A stretch of DNA of 64,000 nt, taken from positions 544,001 to 608,000 of the forward strand of contig CAVYNY010000011.1 of the NCBI GenBank assembly GCA_963769935.1, in the 5' to 3' direction. The DNA is from an uncultured delta proteobacterium. Its GTDB lineage: Bacteria; Desulfobacterota; Desulfobacteria; Desulfobacterales; JAFDCJ01. The stretch's first letter is position 1; every line of letters begins with the position of its first letter. Below, piece by piece: positions 15,909-28,359 of the stretch. Both the position numbers and the translations under genes were made by a program. The notes beneath the pieces are model-generated. The model was not told the origin of the DNA and did no database searches. It worked only from the letters and a program-made list of their open reading frames with translations.

Positions 15909-17468
15909 CTATTTATTGGCATACTCCACCGCCCGGGTTTCCCGTATGACCGTGACTTTGATCTGCCCGGGAAAAGTCAAGGATTCCTCAATCTTCTTGA
16001 CGATATCCCGGCTGAGCAGGATGGACTCCTCATCGGAAATCTGATTGCTTTCCACGATGACGCGCAATTCCCGCCCTGCCTGAATGGCATAGGTATTGGC
16101 TACACCTTGAAAAGTTTGCTATATTTTCTAAATCTTCCAGACGCTTGATATAATTTTCCAGCAGTTCCTTGCGGGCCCCGGGCCTGGCCCCGGAAAGTCC
16201 GTCCGCGGCCTGAACCAGCAATGCATAAACTGAATTCGGCTGCACATCTTCATGATGGGCGGCAATGGCATGAACGACTTTAGGCGATTCACCGAATTTT
16301 TTGGCCAGCCGTGACCCAATCACCGCATGAGGTCCTTCGACCTCATGATCGACAGCCTTGCCGATATCATGCAACAGTCCCATTCGTCTTGCCATTTTGA
16401 CATTCAGCCCCAACTCCGTCGCCATAATTCCGGCCAGAAAACCGACTTCAACGGAATGCTGCAAAACATTCTGGGCATAGCTGGTGCGAAATTTGAATTG
16501 CCGATACATTTGATCAATTCATTGTGGATGCCGTGCACACCCAAGTCAAAGGCCGCCTGCTCTCCGGCTTCTTTTATCGCGGTATCGACTTCCTTCCCCA
16601 CCTTTTTAACAATATCCTCGATACGCGCCGGATGAATTCTTCCGTCGGAAATCAATCGCATCAGCGAGATGCGAGCAACTTCCCGCCGGACCGGATTGAA
16701 TCCTGACAGGATAACCGCTTCCGGCGTATCGTCAATGATCAGATCAATACCGGTAGCCGCCTCAAGCGCACGAATATTGCGTCCTTCCCGGCCGATAATC
16801 CTGCCCTTCATTTCATCATTGGGCAATTGGACCACGGATACCGTTCTTTCCGCCACAAAATCGCCGGCATATCGTTGGATCGCCGTCGCAAGGATTTTTT
16901 TCGCTTTTTTATCGGCCTGTTCCTTGGTTTCATTCTCTATGCTTTTTGAGAGTTTGGCACCTTCATAGCGGGCTTCGTTTTCCATGGCCCGGATCAGCAG
17001 CTCTTTGGCCTGTTCAGCCGTCAAACCGGAAATTTTCTCCAGCTGTCTTTTTTGCTCCTCGATCAGCTCGCTAAATTCGAGTTCCTTGCGCTCAATTTTG
17101 CCTTCTCTTTTGGTAATATGCCTTTCTCTGCGTGCGAGTTCGCGTTCACGTCGTTCAAATTGCTCAATTTTGTGATCGATATTCTCCTCTTTTTCCATCA
17201 GGCGGGTTTCTCGCCTTTTATGCTCCGCCCGGGTTTCATTGGTTTCAGCATCAAATTCGCTTTTTAGTTTGAAAAGCCTGTCTTTCATCTCCAGATCGGC
17301 CTCCTTTTTCAGAGCGTCCGCCTTTTTCTGGGATTCCTCGACGAATTGGGCAGCTTCTGCTTCAGCGGCTTTTATCTTCTTGGATGCTAATTTTCCTTTC
17401 AACCAGTAAGCTATCAGTAAACCGGCAAAAAAGCATCCGATGCCGATCAATATACGATAATCATTCAT
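15909..17468 (-). CDS. rny: Ribonuclease Y (frameshifts near 16495 and 16105)
   Basis: N-terminal TM, coiled coil, KH motif [15 protein letters not shown] motif LLHDIGK, C-terminal [12 protein letters not shown]. Confidence 0.93.
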
Positions 17469-17631
17469 TATGAATCTCCCCGGTAATTAAAAAACCTGCA
17501 ATTCTCATTAATCATCAGTTTGCTTAAACCAATTGAAGATGATGTCGTTGGGGATAAGATAGTCTTCAGGCGAAAGCTGAGGGATAAGAAAACCTAATCT
17601 AGGCTGTGATCCTGCGGAAATAGGAAAGAGA

Positions 17632-17812
17632 TAACCCCCGCCTCAATGCCGTGTTGTCAGGTCTTTGAACCTGTGGTTCAAAGTGGGCACCGTTTGGCCT
17701 CTTTAGGCTTTTCTGATTTAACAGAATATGCACACCGAAGCCAGGGAAGGTTCCCGTTTTCATAGCTGTTGGGTCAAAGAATATCTTCCAATCACGAGCA
17801 TGGCAGGGGTAT
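17632..17812 (-). ncRNA. ssrS: 6S RNA
   Basis: About 180 nt with complementary ends (acccc...ggggt); occupies the conserved zapA-6S-rny position. Confidence 0.8.
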
Positions 17813-17979
17813 AAGTTATGATTTGGTTCAACCATCTGCACCTATTTAATTCTTCCCGACAAGTCCACTGCAGGAATCGGATCGCTTAGGCCGGCATAGG
17901 TGGTGGAGAAGGTATTTGCAGCGGTTAACGAATCATATACAGTACAGCCGTATTCAATTTATTAAAATGAGGTTATCAT

Positions 17980-18273
17980 TCACTGCACGCTGTTGTCCAA
18001 CGTTCGGATCAAGTTGGCTGTTCTGTATGAAACATCATCCAGCAATTTAGCGTGATTTCTTATCAATTCCATATGTTCATTTGCAATATTCAGAGCAGCT
18101 AACATTAAAATGGTTAGTTTCGACATATTTGATGATTGATCGGTTTGCTGACCCTCTACCCGGTTCACTTCCCGGACCAGGAAGTCAGCAACCTCCTCCG
18201 CCTTGGTAACTTCCGAATTGGATTTAAACGTATGCGTCTGTCCAAATAGCTGTATTGTTACAATTTGGTCCAA
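17980..18273 (-). CDS. zapA: Cell division protein ZapA
   Basis: VTIQLFGQ...LAALNIANE pattern, 97 aa. Confidence 0.85.
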   Translation of the reverse strand: MDQIVTIQLFGQTHTFKSNSEVTKAEEVADFLVREVNRVEGQQTDQSSNMSKLTILMLAALNIANEHMELIRNHAKLLDDVSYRTANLIRTLDNSVQ

Positions 18274-18324
18274 TGTTTATTGATATCTACCTTTCCACTA
18301 CCTATACCCTGCTGGCCGCCGGGG

Positions 18325-18564
18325 CTATTCTGTTGCAGCCTCCTCAAGCTTAACCAGCAAACCATCAATTTTTGATCGGATCAAGGACTTTTCCTCAGCG
18401 TAACTTCTTTCCGCCTCAACCTTACCTTGGATCTCCTCCTCTAATCTTTTTATTTTATTTTTTTGTTCTAAATTGGTTGCCTCCAGGGCTTTGCAAGTTT
18501 CGATTAATTTTTCAACTTTTCGTTCAACTTCCTCAAATTGGTTCAATACGAATTCATTATCCAA
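18325..18564 (-). CDS. zapB: ZapB-like coiled-coil protein
   Basis: 79-aa coiled coil ending IRSKIDGLL, directly upstream of zapA. Confidence 0.7.
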   Translation of the reverse strand: MDNEFVLNQFEEVERKVEKLIETCKALEATNLEQKNKIKRLEEEIQGKVEAERSYAEEKSLIRSKIDGLLVKLEEAATE

Positions 18565-18618
18565 GATGAATACCTCATATTAATTTTATTTCAATATAAT
18601 CTGCAATTTATCAAAAAG

Positions 18619-19374
18619 TCAAGCAATAATCCGTGCGCGCGCACTAAGGATCGCCTCCACGGCTTCCAGATCTTCACAGGTATTAACACCCAATATTTGC
18701 TGGCAATTATTACCTATCATGAGCCCCATATTCTTGCTGTTTTTATAACCGATGGAAATGATATCCGTCAAATATATTTCTCCCTGGGCATTGTTCGGAT
18801 TTATATTCGGCAACGCCTCAGATAAGAATTCTTTTCTAACACAGTAAATGCCGGAATTAATCAAATTGATTTGCCTCTGTTCAACAGTAGCGTCGGCTTC
18901 TTCTATAATTCCGGCTATTTGCCTGTTTGCGTCAAGCAGTATTCGGCCATAGCCGGCAGGATTTTCCAATTCTACCGCCAAAAGAGAAATGTCGCGCTGG
19001 GTGTCGAGGTGTTCCTCAACAAGTCCCTTTATGGTTTCAGGTAAAATAAGCGGCACGTCACCGCATAAAATTACCACATGGTCGCAATGTGCGGGAATGT
19101 GCGGCAGGGCGCACAACACGGCATGACCCGTACCGAGCTGCCTCTCCTGGTAGGCAAACCGCAGCGCTGCGGTTTGCGATACGACGACGCGCACCATCCG
19201 GGCTTGATTGCCGATAACCACGACGACATCGTCGCCGGCTATTTCTCTTGCCGTGTCAACCACGTAAAGAATCATGGGCCTGCCCTGAACCTCATGTAAC
19301 ACCTTGGCTTTGTCCGATTTCATGCGGGTTCCCAACCCTGCAGCCAGTATTACAACAGCAATATTATTTCTCAT
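18619..19374 (-). CDS. glmU: GlmU-like uridyltransferase, N-terminal domain only
   Basis: ILAAGLGTRMKS, QLGTGHA, GDVPL, GYGRI, NAQGEIYLTD and GVN motifs; no hexapeptide acetyltransferase domain. Confidence 0.82.
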   Translation of the reverse strand: MRNNIAVVILAAGLGTRMKSDKAKVLHEVQGRPMILYVVDTAREIAGDDVVVVIGNQARMVRVVVSQTAALRFAYQERQLGTGHAVLCALPHIPAHCDHVVILCGDVPLILPETIKGLVEEHLDTQRDISLLAVELENPAGYGRILLDANRQIAGIIEEADATVEQRQINLINSGIYCVRKEFLSEALPNINPNNAQGEIYLTDIISIGYKNSKNMGLMIGNNCQQILGVNTCEDLEAVEAILSARARIIA

Positions 19375-19537
19375 GCAAACCTCTGCCCAAGATATCTCAT
19401 GATTAACCTGAAAGGCCGCTGACAACGCCGTTCCCGCACTCCATTGCTCCAATACTCCAGCACTCGTCGCCCCTTGTGGCCCTCGCTTTCAAATTTCGCT
19501 AACATTACCTTTAGAACTCAAATTTAAATAGACCAAC

Positions 19538-19576
19538 AATAAAAGGGCAAACCAAAATATTGGTTTACCCTTTATT
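19538..19576 (-). terminator. Intrinsic terminator after atpC
   Basis: aataaaagggcaaacca...tggtttaccctttatt inverted repeat. Confidence 0.7.
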
Positions 19577-19638
19577 ATACAGTATCCCTGCTTGGTGTAA
19601 ACGCCTAAAAAATTATTTTCCGTCAAAAACCGCCGAAT

Positions 19639-20058
19639 TTACGATGAAGCACCGCCGGCAAGTCTAATGCGCACAAGGGCCCGCTCCAGAGCAGCTCGGG
19701 CGCGGACGAAATCGATATCTTCACCGGTGCGATCCGCTTCCAAACGTTTTTGCGCCCGTTCCATGGCCGCTTTGGCCCGCTCAAGATCGATATCACTCCT
19801 TCGTTCAGCCGATTCCGCCAGAATCGTCACTTTATCCGGAAGGGCTTCAGCAAATCCCCCACTGATAAAAACATATCGCTCCGCCCCTTTTGCATCCGTA
19901 TATCTGATAACGCCTGTTTTTAAACTGGTCAGAAAGGGGGTATGACCGGAGAGCACGCCAAATTCCCCGAGAGATCCGGGAGCTGCCACAATTTGCGACG
20001 CTTCGCTGACAACTACCCGCTCAGGGGTAACCACTTCCAATTGGATATTTTCCGCCAT
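19639..20058 (-). CDS. atpC: ATP synthase epsilon subunit
   Basis: LEVVTPE, GEFGVLSGHTP motifs. Confidence 0.96.
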   Translation of the reverse strand: MAENIQLEVVTPERVVVSEASQIVAAPGSLGEFGVLSGHTPFLTSLKTGVIRYTDAKGAERYVFISGGFAEALPDKVTILAESAERRSDIDLERAKAAMERAQKRLEADRTGEDIDFVRARAALERALVRIRLAGGASS

Positions 20059-20072
20059 GTTAGGACCTCAAA

Positions 20073-21524
<1,452 letters not shown>

Positions 21525-21616
21525 CTAAAGACCTCCACATTGTATTTTTTGTTACCCGCTGGCGGCGGGAGGATTACGTTTTTTTTATATCGTCGAAGAA
21601 TGTCGCTCTGTATCAT

Positions 21617-21720
21617 GGAATATTGGAATTGGAAAATGGGCAAAGTAAGGTAGCGTCTAATTTTATCTGATCTCAATTCGCCAAACCCATCATTCCAATA
21701 TTCCATTATTCCACTATTTC
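21617..21720. repeat. 8-nt periodic inverted-arm element (tggaatat / attccaat)
   Basis: tggaatattggaattggaaaatggg ... cccatcattccaatattccattattcca between atpG and atpD. Confidence 0.8.
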
Positions 21721-21746
21721 AAAAAGGATGAAGTTCCTGTCAGTAT

Positions 21747-22637
21747 TTATCCTCTAAGCGCCTCGGCACCCCCGACGATATCCATCAGTTCGGCCGTAAT
21801 GGCCGCCTGGCGTGCCTTGTTATATGTCAGGGTCAGATTTTCGATCATGTCTCTACAGGCTTTGGTTGCGTTGTCCATGGCCATCATCCGCGCTGCATGT
21901 TCGCTGGTCGACGTTTCCAGCAGGGCACTGTTAATTTGCACGTAAACATTTCGATTCAGCATTTCAGCCAGCAGCTCTGCGGGGGACGGTTCGCAGATAT
22001 GTTCGGGCATATACGGTGCATCCAAGTCGGCTTCCGCAGCGACGGTTTCAATGGCTGTCATCGGCAGAAGTTTTTTGAGCATCGGAATCTGCTTGGCCAT
22101 ACTGTGAAACTCGGCGTAAACGATATAGACCTCGTCATAATCTCCGCTTAAAAAGCTTTCCACCATCCGACGGCCGTTATTGACGGCAACATTGTAGCCG
22201 AAAGTGCTGCCCACTACCCCGATCTGTTCGCTGTCGATCTGCAGTTTATTATTGCGGCACCAGTTACGGCCCTTTTTACCGAAATTGGTAAACGAAAATT
22301 CAACACCCTCTGCGGCTTTTTCTTTCATAAACGTTGCGGCTTTTTCGATGAGATTAATGTTAAAACCGCCGCAAAGTCCCCGGTCCGAGGTACACAGGGC
22401 AATATGAATTTTTTTGACCTCTTCACGCTGCTGAAGCAAGGGATGGACCGCCTCTTCGGTCTTCTGAGCCAGGCTGGCGAGGACTTCGGCAAATTTTCCG
22501 GCATAGGGCCGAAAAGCTTCCATATTGTTCTGGGCTCCCCGCAGTCTGGAAGCAGCCACCATGTTCATAGCCTTGGTGATTTGCTGGGTTTTTTTGACAG
22601 CTGATATTTTATTTTGCACATCTTTTAGAGTCGGCAT
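21747..22637 (-). CDS. atpG: ATP synthase gamma subunit
   Basis: ITKAMNMV, SDRGLCGGFN and YNKARQAAITAEL motifs. Confidence 0.98.
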   Translation of the reverse strand: MPTLKDVQNKISAVKKTQQITKAMNMVAASRLRGAQNNMEAFRPYAGKFAEVLASLAQKTEEAVHPLLQQREEVKKIHIALCTSDRGLCGGFNINLIEKAATFMKEKAAEGVEFSFTNFGKKGRNWCRNNKLQIDSEQIGVVGSTFGYNVAVNNGRRMVESFLSGDYDEVYIVYAEFHSMAKQIPMLKKLLPMTAIETVAAEADLDAPYMPEHICEPSPAELLAEMLNRNVYVQINSALLETSTSEHAARMMAMDNATKACRDMIENLTLTYNKARQAAITAELMDIVGGAEALRG

Positions 22638-22661
22638 AAGTAAACCCTTAGATTACCTTAT

Positions 22662-22770
22662 GATGGTTGTGATGGTTGTGATCGTTGAGATCGTTTGCAG
22701 GCATTTCATCTGATCTCAAAACCGCGCCGACGATCTTAACGGTTCAAACCTTCTTAACGCTCTCAACCAA
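22662..22770. repeat. 9-nt periodic inverted-arm element between atpA and atpG
   Basis: gatggttgt gatggttgt gatcgttga gatcgtt ... acgatctta acggttcaa accttctta acgctctca. Confidence 0.7.
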
Positions 22771-22772
22771 TT

Positions 22773-24290
22773 TTATTTGATCGTATCTTTGAATTCTTCA
22801 TCATAGGCGGTCAGCGTTTCCTTCATCAGTTTATCCAGTTCATCGTCAATCGCCTGCTTCTCCTTGAGTTTGGAAAAGACCTCCGGATGTCGGTCTTCGA
22901 TGAAAGCATAGAGACCGGCCTCGTATTTGGCCAGAACATTCAGTGGATACTTATCCAGAAATCCTCGGGTGCCGGCATACAGAATGGTGACCTGTTTTTC
23001 CATCGCCAGCGGCTTGTATTGCGGCTGTTTCAGAATCTCGACCAGGCGGGCGCCCCGGGTAAGCTGCCGCTGGGTGGCTTTGTCCAAGTCACTGCCGAAC
23101 GCCGCAAAAGCTTCGAGCTCACGATATTGGGCCAGATCAAGCCGCAGCGTACCGGCAACTTGTTTCATGGCTTTTACCTGGGCGGCTCCGCCTACGCGGG
23201 ATACCGAAAGGCCGACGTTGATGGCCGGACGGACGCCGGCAAAAAACAGACCCGGTTCAAGATAAATCTGCCCGTCGGTAATGGAAATAACATTGGTCGG
23301 GATGTAGGCCGAAACGTCGCCGGCCTGGGTTTCGATAATCGGCAGCGCCGTGAGCGATCCGGCACCCAGTTGGTCATTTAACTTGGAGGCGCGTTCCAGC
23401 AGGCGGGAATGGTTGTAGAAAATATCACCCGGGTAGGCTTCACGGCCCGGGGGACGTCTTAAAAGCAGAGAAACCTGGCGATACGCCGCGGCCTGCTTGG
23501 AAAGATCGTCGTAAACGATCAAAGCATGCTGTTTTCGATCGCGAAAATATTCCCCCATGGCACAGCCGGCATAGGGTGCGATATATTGCAGGGGTGCCGG
23601 GTCACTGGCACAGGCGGATACGATGGTGGTGTACTCCATGGCGCCATGTTTTTCCAGGATCGCATGCACCTGCGCGACGGTTGACTGTTTCTGTCCGCAG
23701 GCCACATAGATGCAGTAGACGTCCGTTTCCTTCTGGGCCAGGATGGCGTCAATGGCACAGGCGGTTTTACCGATCTGCCGGTCGCCGATGATAAGTTCCC
23801 GCTGTCCCCGGCCCACCGGCGTCATCGCGTCCACAGCCTTCAGTCCGGTATAACAGGGTTCATGCACGCTCTTTCTGGCAATTACCCCCGGGGCCACCAT
23901 CTCCACGCGGCTAAACTCTTTGGCGTTGATGGGTCCCTTGCCGTCTAAAGGCTCACCGACCGCTGAAACAACCCGGCCCAGGACGGCTTCGCCGACCGGG
24001 ACCTGAGCAATTCGCCCGGTGCGCTTGACCAGATCGCCTTCCTTGATGTGGATGTCTTCGCCCATAACGGCGACACCCACATTGTCCTCTTCAAGGTTCA
24101 GCACCAGGCCCAGAGTGTTGCCGGGGAATTCGACGAGTTCCAGGGCCATCACATTTTCAAGTCCATAGATCCGGGCGATGCCATCACCCACCGAAAGGAC
24201 GACGCCGGTTTCACTCAGCTCAACCTTCTTGTCATAATCCGTAATCTGTTCTTTGATAATCTGACTGATTTCTTCTGCTCTTAATTCCAT
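22773..24290 (-). CDS. atpA: ATP synthase alpha subunit
   Basis: GDRQIGKT and [12 protein letters not shown] motifs. Confidence 0.99.
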   Translation of the reverse strand: MELRAEEISQIIKEQITDYDKKVELSETGVVLSVGDGIARIYGLENVMALELVEFPGNTLGLVLNLEEDNVGVAVMGEDIHIKEGDLVKRTGRIAQVPVGEAVLGRVVSAVGEPLDGKGPINAKEFSRVEMVAPGVIARKSVHEPCYTGLKAVDAMTPVGRGQRELIIGDRQIGKTACAIDAILAQKETDVYCIYVACGQKQSTVAQVHAILEKHGAMEYTTIVSACASDPAPLQYIAPYAGCAMGEYFRDRKQHALIVYDDLSKQAAAYRQVSLLLRRPPGREAYPGDIFYNHSRLLERASKLNDQLGAGSLTALPIIETQAGDVSAYIPTNVISITDGQIYLEPGLFFAGVRPAINVGLSVSRVGGAAQVKAMKQVAGTLRLDLAQYRELEAFAAFGSDLDKATQRQLTRGARLVEILKQPQYKPLAMEKQVTILYAGTRGFLDKYPLNVLAKYEAGLYAFIEDRHPEVFSKLKEKQAIDDELDKLMKETLTAYDEEFKDTIK

Positions 24291-24841
24291 TAGACACCCT
24301 CACCCTTTTTTAATGATTCTCTCATATTGAGTAATTGTGTTTTGATGCTCCCATCCAGCACAAGATCGCCAATTCGTGTGACGACCCCGCCGATGAGGCC
24401 CGGATCTTCTTCAACATCCAGCATAATATCTTTGCCCGTCCGCTCGGACAGGGTTTTACGAATTTTTTCGACGGCTTCGGATGAAAGTGCCGTGGCCGAA
24501 ACCAGACTGGCACGCGCAATGCCTTTTAATTCATCGGCCAGCTTTTGATAAAAATCACTGATACTGCTCAAATAGATGAACCGTCCCTTGTCAAACAACA
24601 GGGATAAAAAGGATGTCATCGCCGCCGAAAGCGCCATTTTGTTCAGAATGGATTCCAGAACTTTCTTCCGTTCCTCTGCATGGTAAAGCGGATTATTGAT
24701 CGCCTGCTCCAGCGCCTGCTGTTTTTCGATCATCTCACTGAATCCGGCCAGTTCCTCGCGGTATGTCTCAGTTTTTCCGTCTTCTTTGCCGATCAACAAA
24801 AGGGCTTTGGCATAACGCCTTGCAATTGCCAGATTTTTCAT
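24290..24841 (-). CDS. atpH: ATP synthase delta subunit
   Basis: ARRYAKAL and LIGG...GDLVLDGS motifs. Confidence 0.96.
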   Translation of the reverse strand: MKNLAIARRYAKALLLIGKEDGKTETYREELAGFSEMIEKQQALEQAINNPLYHAEERKKVLESILNKMALSAAMTSFLSLLFDKGRFIYLSSISDFYQKLADELKGIARASLVSATALSSEAVEKIRKTLSERTGKDIMLDVEEDPGLIGGVVTRIGDLVLDGSIKTQLLNMRESLKKGEGV

Positions 24842-25449
24842 CCTGCCACCACCTTCTTCAAATAATCATCAACGATTCGATCCTGATCATCGGCTGAAAT
24901 CATGTTTTTTATAATTTCTTCGGCTTTTTGAAGCGATGTTTCGAAGATCTCCTCCTGCAATTTTAGTTTGGCCTGTTCGAACTCATGCTCGATGTTGCGG
25001 CGGGCCTGGGCCTTGAGTTTTTCAGCCGAAGCTTCAGCCTCTTTTAATATCCGGCCTTTGGCCTCATTGCCCTGTTTGATATAGTCATCGATGACTTTTT
25101 CGGCTTCCTTTTCCAGCTGCGCCAATTTATCCCTATATTCGGCCAATTTTCTTTCAGCTTCGGCTTTGCGTGTCTCCAGGTCTTCCAACTGTTCCTTGAT
25201 CCCATCGATACGGGAACCAAGCGCCTGCGACAGCGGTTTGCGCAAAATATAGACCAGCGCGATCACCAGCACCAAAAAATTTAGCACCCGAAAGGTGTCC
25301 ATCGACACCCACCCCTTAGCGCCTTCTGCGCCACCGGAAGATGCCATGGCCGTTGATATTGCAAATATCGAAAATGCCAGCACCAGGATAAAGATAGCCG
25401 CCGTGAACTTTTTCGCACTATGCAACCGGCCCGTACCGGAAATCTTCAT
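24838..25449 (-). CDS. atpF: ATP synthase b subunit
   Basis: TM segment (LNFLVLVIAL) plus coiled coil; position in the operon. Confidence 0.9.
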   Translation of the reverse strand: MKISGTGRLHSAKKFTAAIFILVLAFSIFAISTAMASSGGAEGAKGWVSMDTFRVLNFLVLVIALVYILRKPLSQALGSRIDGIKEQLEDLETRKAEAERKLAEYRDKLAQLEKEAEKVIDDYIKQGNEAKGRILKEAEASAEKLKAQARRNIEHEFEQAKLKLQEEIFETSLQKAEEIIKNMISADDQDRIVDDYLKKVVAG

Positions 25450-25997
25450 TAGGCTGTCCTCCCCAGAATTTTTTGACATATTTGGTCGGCAAAATTATCA
25501 ACTTCTTTCCGCAGGCTTTCCCTTGCGACTTCAGCGTCATTTTTGATTTTGACACGAATTTCGGTCAACTCAGCCTGGGCTTTGCGATTTATCTCGGCGA
25601 TGATGGATTTTTCCTCCTCCGTCGCCTGCAGCAGCAAGGCCTCTTTCTCCTTTAATCCTCTGGCCCGCGCTTCCTTTATTCCTGCAGCGAACGCTTGGTC
25701 TTTTTCCTGAGCGTCTTTATCCGAGGTTTCAATGGAAAGCTCAAGACCGCCTATTTTTTCTTTACGCTGAGCCAGGATCTTACGAATGGGTCGGTACAAG
25801 AGCATGTTTAATACCCAGATGAGGAATACGAAATTGACGATTTGGATTAGAAGAGATCCGTCCGGTATAACAGTTACGGCGCCTCCGCCCGACTCACCGG
25901 AGGATCCTAAGACAGATTGGGGAAGAACGAAAGAAACCAAAGCAAATAACGATAGCAAGATTGGAAAACCTTTCCGGCATACACCAGAAATTCTCAT
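25449..25997 (-). CDS. ATP synthase b' subunit
   Basis: IQIVNFVFLIWVLNMLLYRPI plus coiled coil. Confidence 0.88.
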   Translation of the reverse strand: MRISGVCRKGFPILLSLFALVSFVLPQSVLGSSGESGGGAVTVIPDGSLLIQIVNFVFLIWVLNMLLYRPIRKILAQRKEKIGGLELSIETSDKDAQEKDQAFAAGIKEARARGLKEKEALLLQATEEEKSIIAEINRKAQAELTEIRVKIKNDAEVARESLRKEVDNFADQICQKILGRTA

Positions 25998-26219
25998 TTG
26001 AAGAACCTCCACCCATGATTTTTCAACAACCGGTTTGTTTGCTTTCAGATGCTGCCTTGTGCCTTGGGAATGTACCCAAATCCGACTGCGGCGGTCTATA
26101 CCATCAGCTATTACAAATTGTCAAAGGTTTTTTGAAAATTTTTCAGGTTTGTCCGCTATAAACACCATAGAGGATAAGTAGGCTGGATTGTTAAAGAAGT
26201 TAATGAAACTTTGGTATCA

Positions 26220-26699
26220 TCAACTGCTTTTTAATTCCGTAAAAGCGGTTTTGCCTTTCGGCTCAGCCGCCGGAGTTTCAGCCGGATGGTTGTTCTTTGA
26301 TTCCACAACTGCAGGTTTATGTTTCGAGAAAATGGATGGTTTCCCGGCCGGCTCCCCCGGAGCCTTCATCTTGCAGGTCCCATTGAAGATCCCCCCCGGC
26401 TCGATGGATATCACCGGCGCCTGAATATTGCCGCCGACACGGCCCGGCGGGTAGACTTCAATACGCTCCTGGGCATTAATGGTGCCGTTGACCTCTCCCA
26501 TGACAACGGCCACATTTACATAAAGCTCGGCATCGACGGCAGCCTTTTCACCCACAACGACCGTACCGCCGTTGCTGACAATTTTCCCCTTCACCTTTCC
26601 GTCAACCCGAATGGTGCCTTTAAAATCAATGGTACCGTCAATGCTGGCATCCGCTCCGATAAATGTTGAAATACGATCCGTTTGTTTATCTTTTTTCAT
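26220..26699 (-). CDS. Bactofilin (polymer-forming cytoskeletal protein)
   Basis: TFIG..IDG..IRVDG..G beta-helix repeats ending IEPGGIFNG. Confidence 0.9.
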   Translation of the reverse strand: MKKDKQTDRISTFIGADASIDGTIDFKGTIRVDGKVKGKIVSNGGTVVVGEKAAVDAELYVNVAVVMGEVNGTINAQERIEVYPPGRVGGNIQAPVISIEPGGIFNGTCKMKAPGEPAGKPSIFSKHKPAVVESKNNHPAETPAAEPKGKTAFTELKSS

Positions 26700-26725
26700 T
26701 GCTGCTGTCGATCCTCCCGGGTTGT

Positions 26726-27203
26726 AAGATTGAAGATTGAAGATTGAAGATTGAATATTTGAGGTATTCTGTCATTTAAGTTAGAGGCGTTGCCCCAATT
26801 GGAATGGTGGAATGTTGGAATATTGGAAAATTGGCAATCCAAAAGGATGATGGTCCGATTTTATTTTCTGATTCGACCCATCCATAAAAATCAGATCCCC
26901 TTCAGCCAAACCCGATATTCCATCCTTCCAGTATTCCCTGGCCCAGACCGATTTTAACATAAACCTAATTTTAGCTATTTTTTTTCCAGCCAGGACAAAC
27001 ATGCTTTAAATTCTCAGTAAGTCGCACCAGGGCGGGCCATCATTCCACGGCATAAATTTACGGCACTGCCAATCTGCTCCGGCCTGACCCAGAGAACCAG
27101 GTTTTTGATTATAGCATAAAAGCGACAGCATTCCTTAAATATTCAATCTTCAATTTTCAATCTTCAATTTAACTGTGTTCAATCTTCAATTTTCAATCTT
27201 CAT
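26726..27203. repeat. Family B element ((aagattg)n arms) with a nested 8-nt element
   Basis: Left arm gattgaagattgaatatttgaggtattctgtc pairs with right arm gacagcattccttaaatattcaatcttcaat. Confidence 0.88.
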
Positions 27204-27210
27204 TAAATTT

Positions 27211-28314
27211 TTACTCGATCATAAACCGTCGCATGCTGATATTCATCAGCAAACCGATACCGATCGCCGTTGTCAAAACCGATGATCCCCCGTAGCTGAT
27301 AAACGGCAGGGGTACACCAACCACCGGCATCAAGCCCATGGTCATTGAAACATTAATGAATACCTGCCAGAAAAACATGGAGGTAACCCCCACCGCCAAA
27401 ATGGTCCCGAACGGCTCCCGGCATCCCTGGGCGATATTGAGGCCCCAAAAAATCAGCATCAGAAAAAGAAGTACAATAATAACCGATCCAATGAAACCCC
27501 ATTCTTCAGCCAGAACGGAAAATATGAAATCGGTGTGCTCTTCCGGCAGAAAGGATAGCGCATTCTGAGTGCCCTTTAAGAAGCCTTTGCCGTATATCAT
27601 GCCCGAACCGATCGCAATTTTGGATTGAATGATATGATATCCGGCACCCAGCGGATCCCGGTCCGGGTCTAAAAAAACAAGTATCCGCTGCTTCTGGTAA
27701 TCTTTTAAGAAAAACCAGACCAGAGGCACAATTCCGGCAAAGGACACCATCAGACTGATCAGGGAACGCCGCTCGATTTTGACAAACAGGGTAATCGAGC
27801 CGGCGATTAATAAAATTAAACCGGCCGTACCCAAATCCGGCTGTTTGACGATCAGCACAAACGGGATCAGGGTGAGGACAAATGGTTTGAAAAGCTCTCG
27901 CAAAGTGAACCCGCGTGTATTCGCGTCTTTGGAATAATAGCGCGCCAGCGCAATCATGACGGCAAGTTTAGCCAGCTCCGAGGGCTGCAGGGACAGGGGT
28001 CCCAGGATCAGCCAGCGCCTTGAACCGCCGGCGGATTTGCCGAAGATAAGCACCCAGAGCAGCAGAATAATGCACCCGACATAAATTGCATGCCCCCATC
28101 GATCCAACAGTTTATAGTTGATCGAAAATGATGCTACCATTGCAATCAGAGCCCCTGAAAACCAGATAAGCTGCTTGTAAAAGATGATCTTTTGAGGACT
28201 AGGCGTCTCGGCGGTAACCGCACTGTATAAAACCAGCAACCCGCAGCAGCCGATCACAGCTGCCAATCCCAGCAGACCCCAATCAAAGTATTGTAAAAGT
28301 CTTCGGTCAAACAT
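27211..28314 (-). CDS. rodA: Rod shape-determining protein RodA
   Basis: LQPSELAK, QPDLGTA, LPEEHTDFIF and LPFISYGGSS motifs. Confidence 0.97.
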   Translation of the reverse strand: MFDRRLLQYFDWGLLGLAAVIGCCGLLVLYSAVTAETPSPQKIIFYKQLIWFSGALIAMVASFSINYKLLDRWGHAIYVGCIILLLWVLIFGKSAGGSRRWLILGPLSLQPSELAKLAVMIALARYYSKDANTRGFTLRELFKPFVLTLIPFVLIVKQPDLGTAGLILLIAGSITLFVKIERRSLISLMVSFAGIVPLVWFFLKDYQKQRILVFLDPDRDPLGAGYHIIQSKIAIGSGMIYGKGFLKGTQNALSFLPEEHTDFIFSVLAEEWGFIGSVIIVLLFLMLIFWGLNIAQGCREPFGTILAVGVTSMFFWQVFINVSMTMGLMPVVGVPLPFISYGGSSVLTTAIGIGLLMNISMRRFMIE

Positions 28315-28359
28315 AGTTATCGATACCTTTAGCGGAGCCGATGCGACAATTTGGCGTCC

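Noticed and set aside
26726..27203. Possible CRISPR array among the repeat tracts
   Set aside because: No identical 23-47 nt repeats with regular unique spacers, and no cas genes anywhere in the window.
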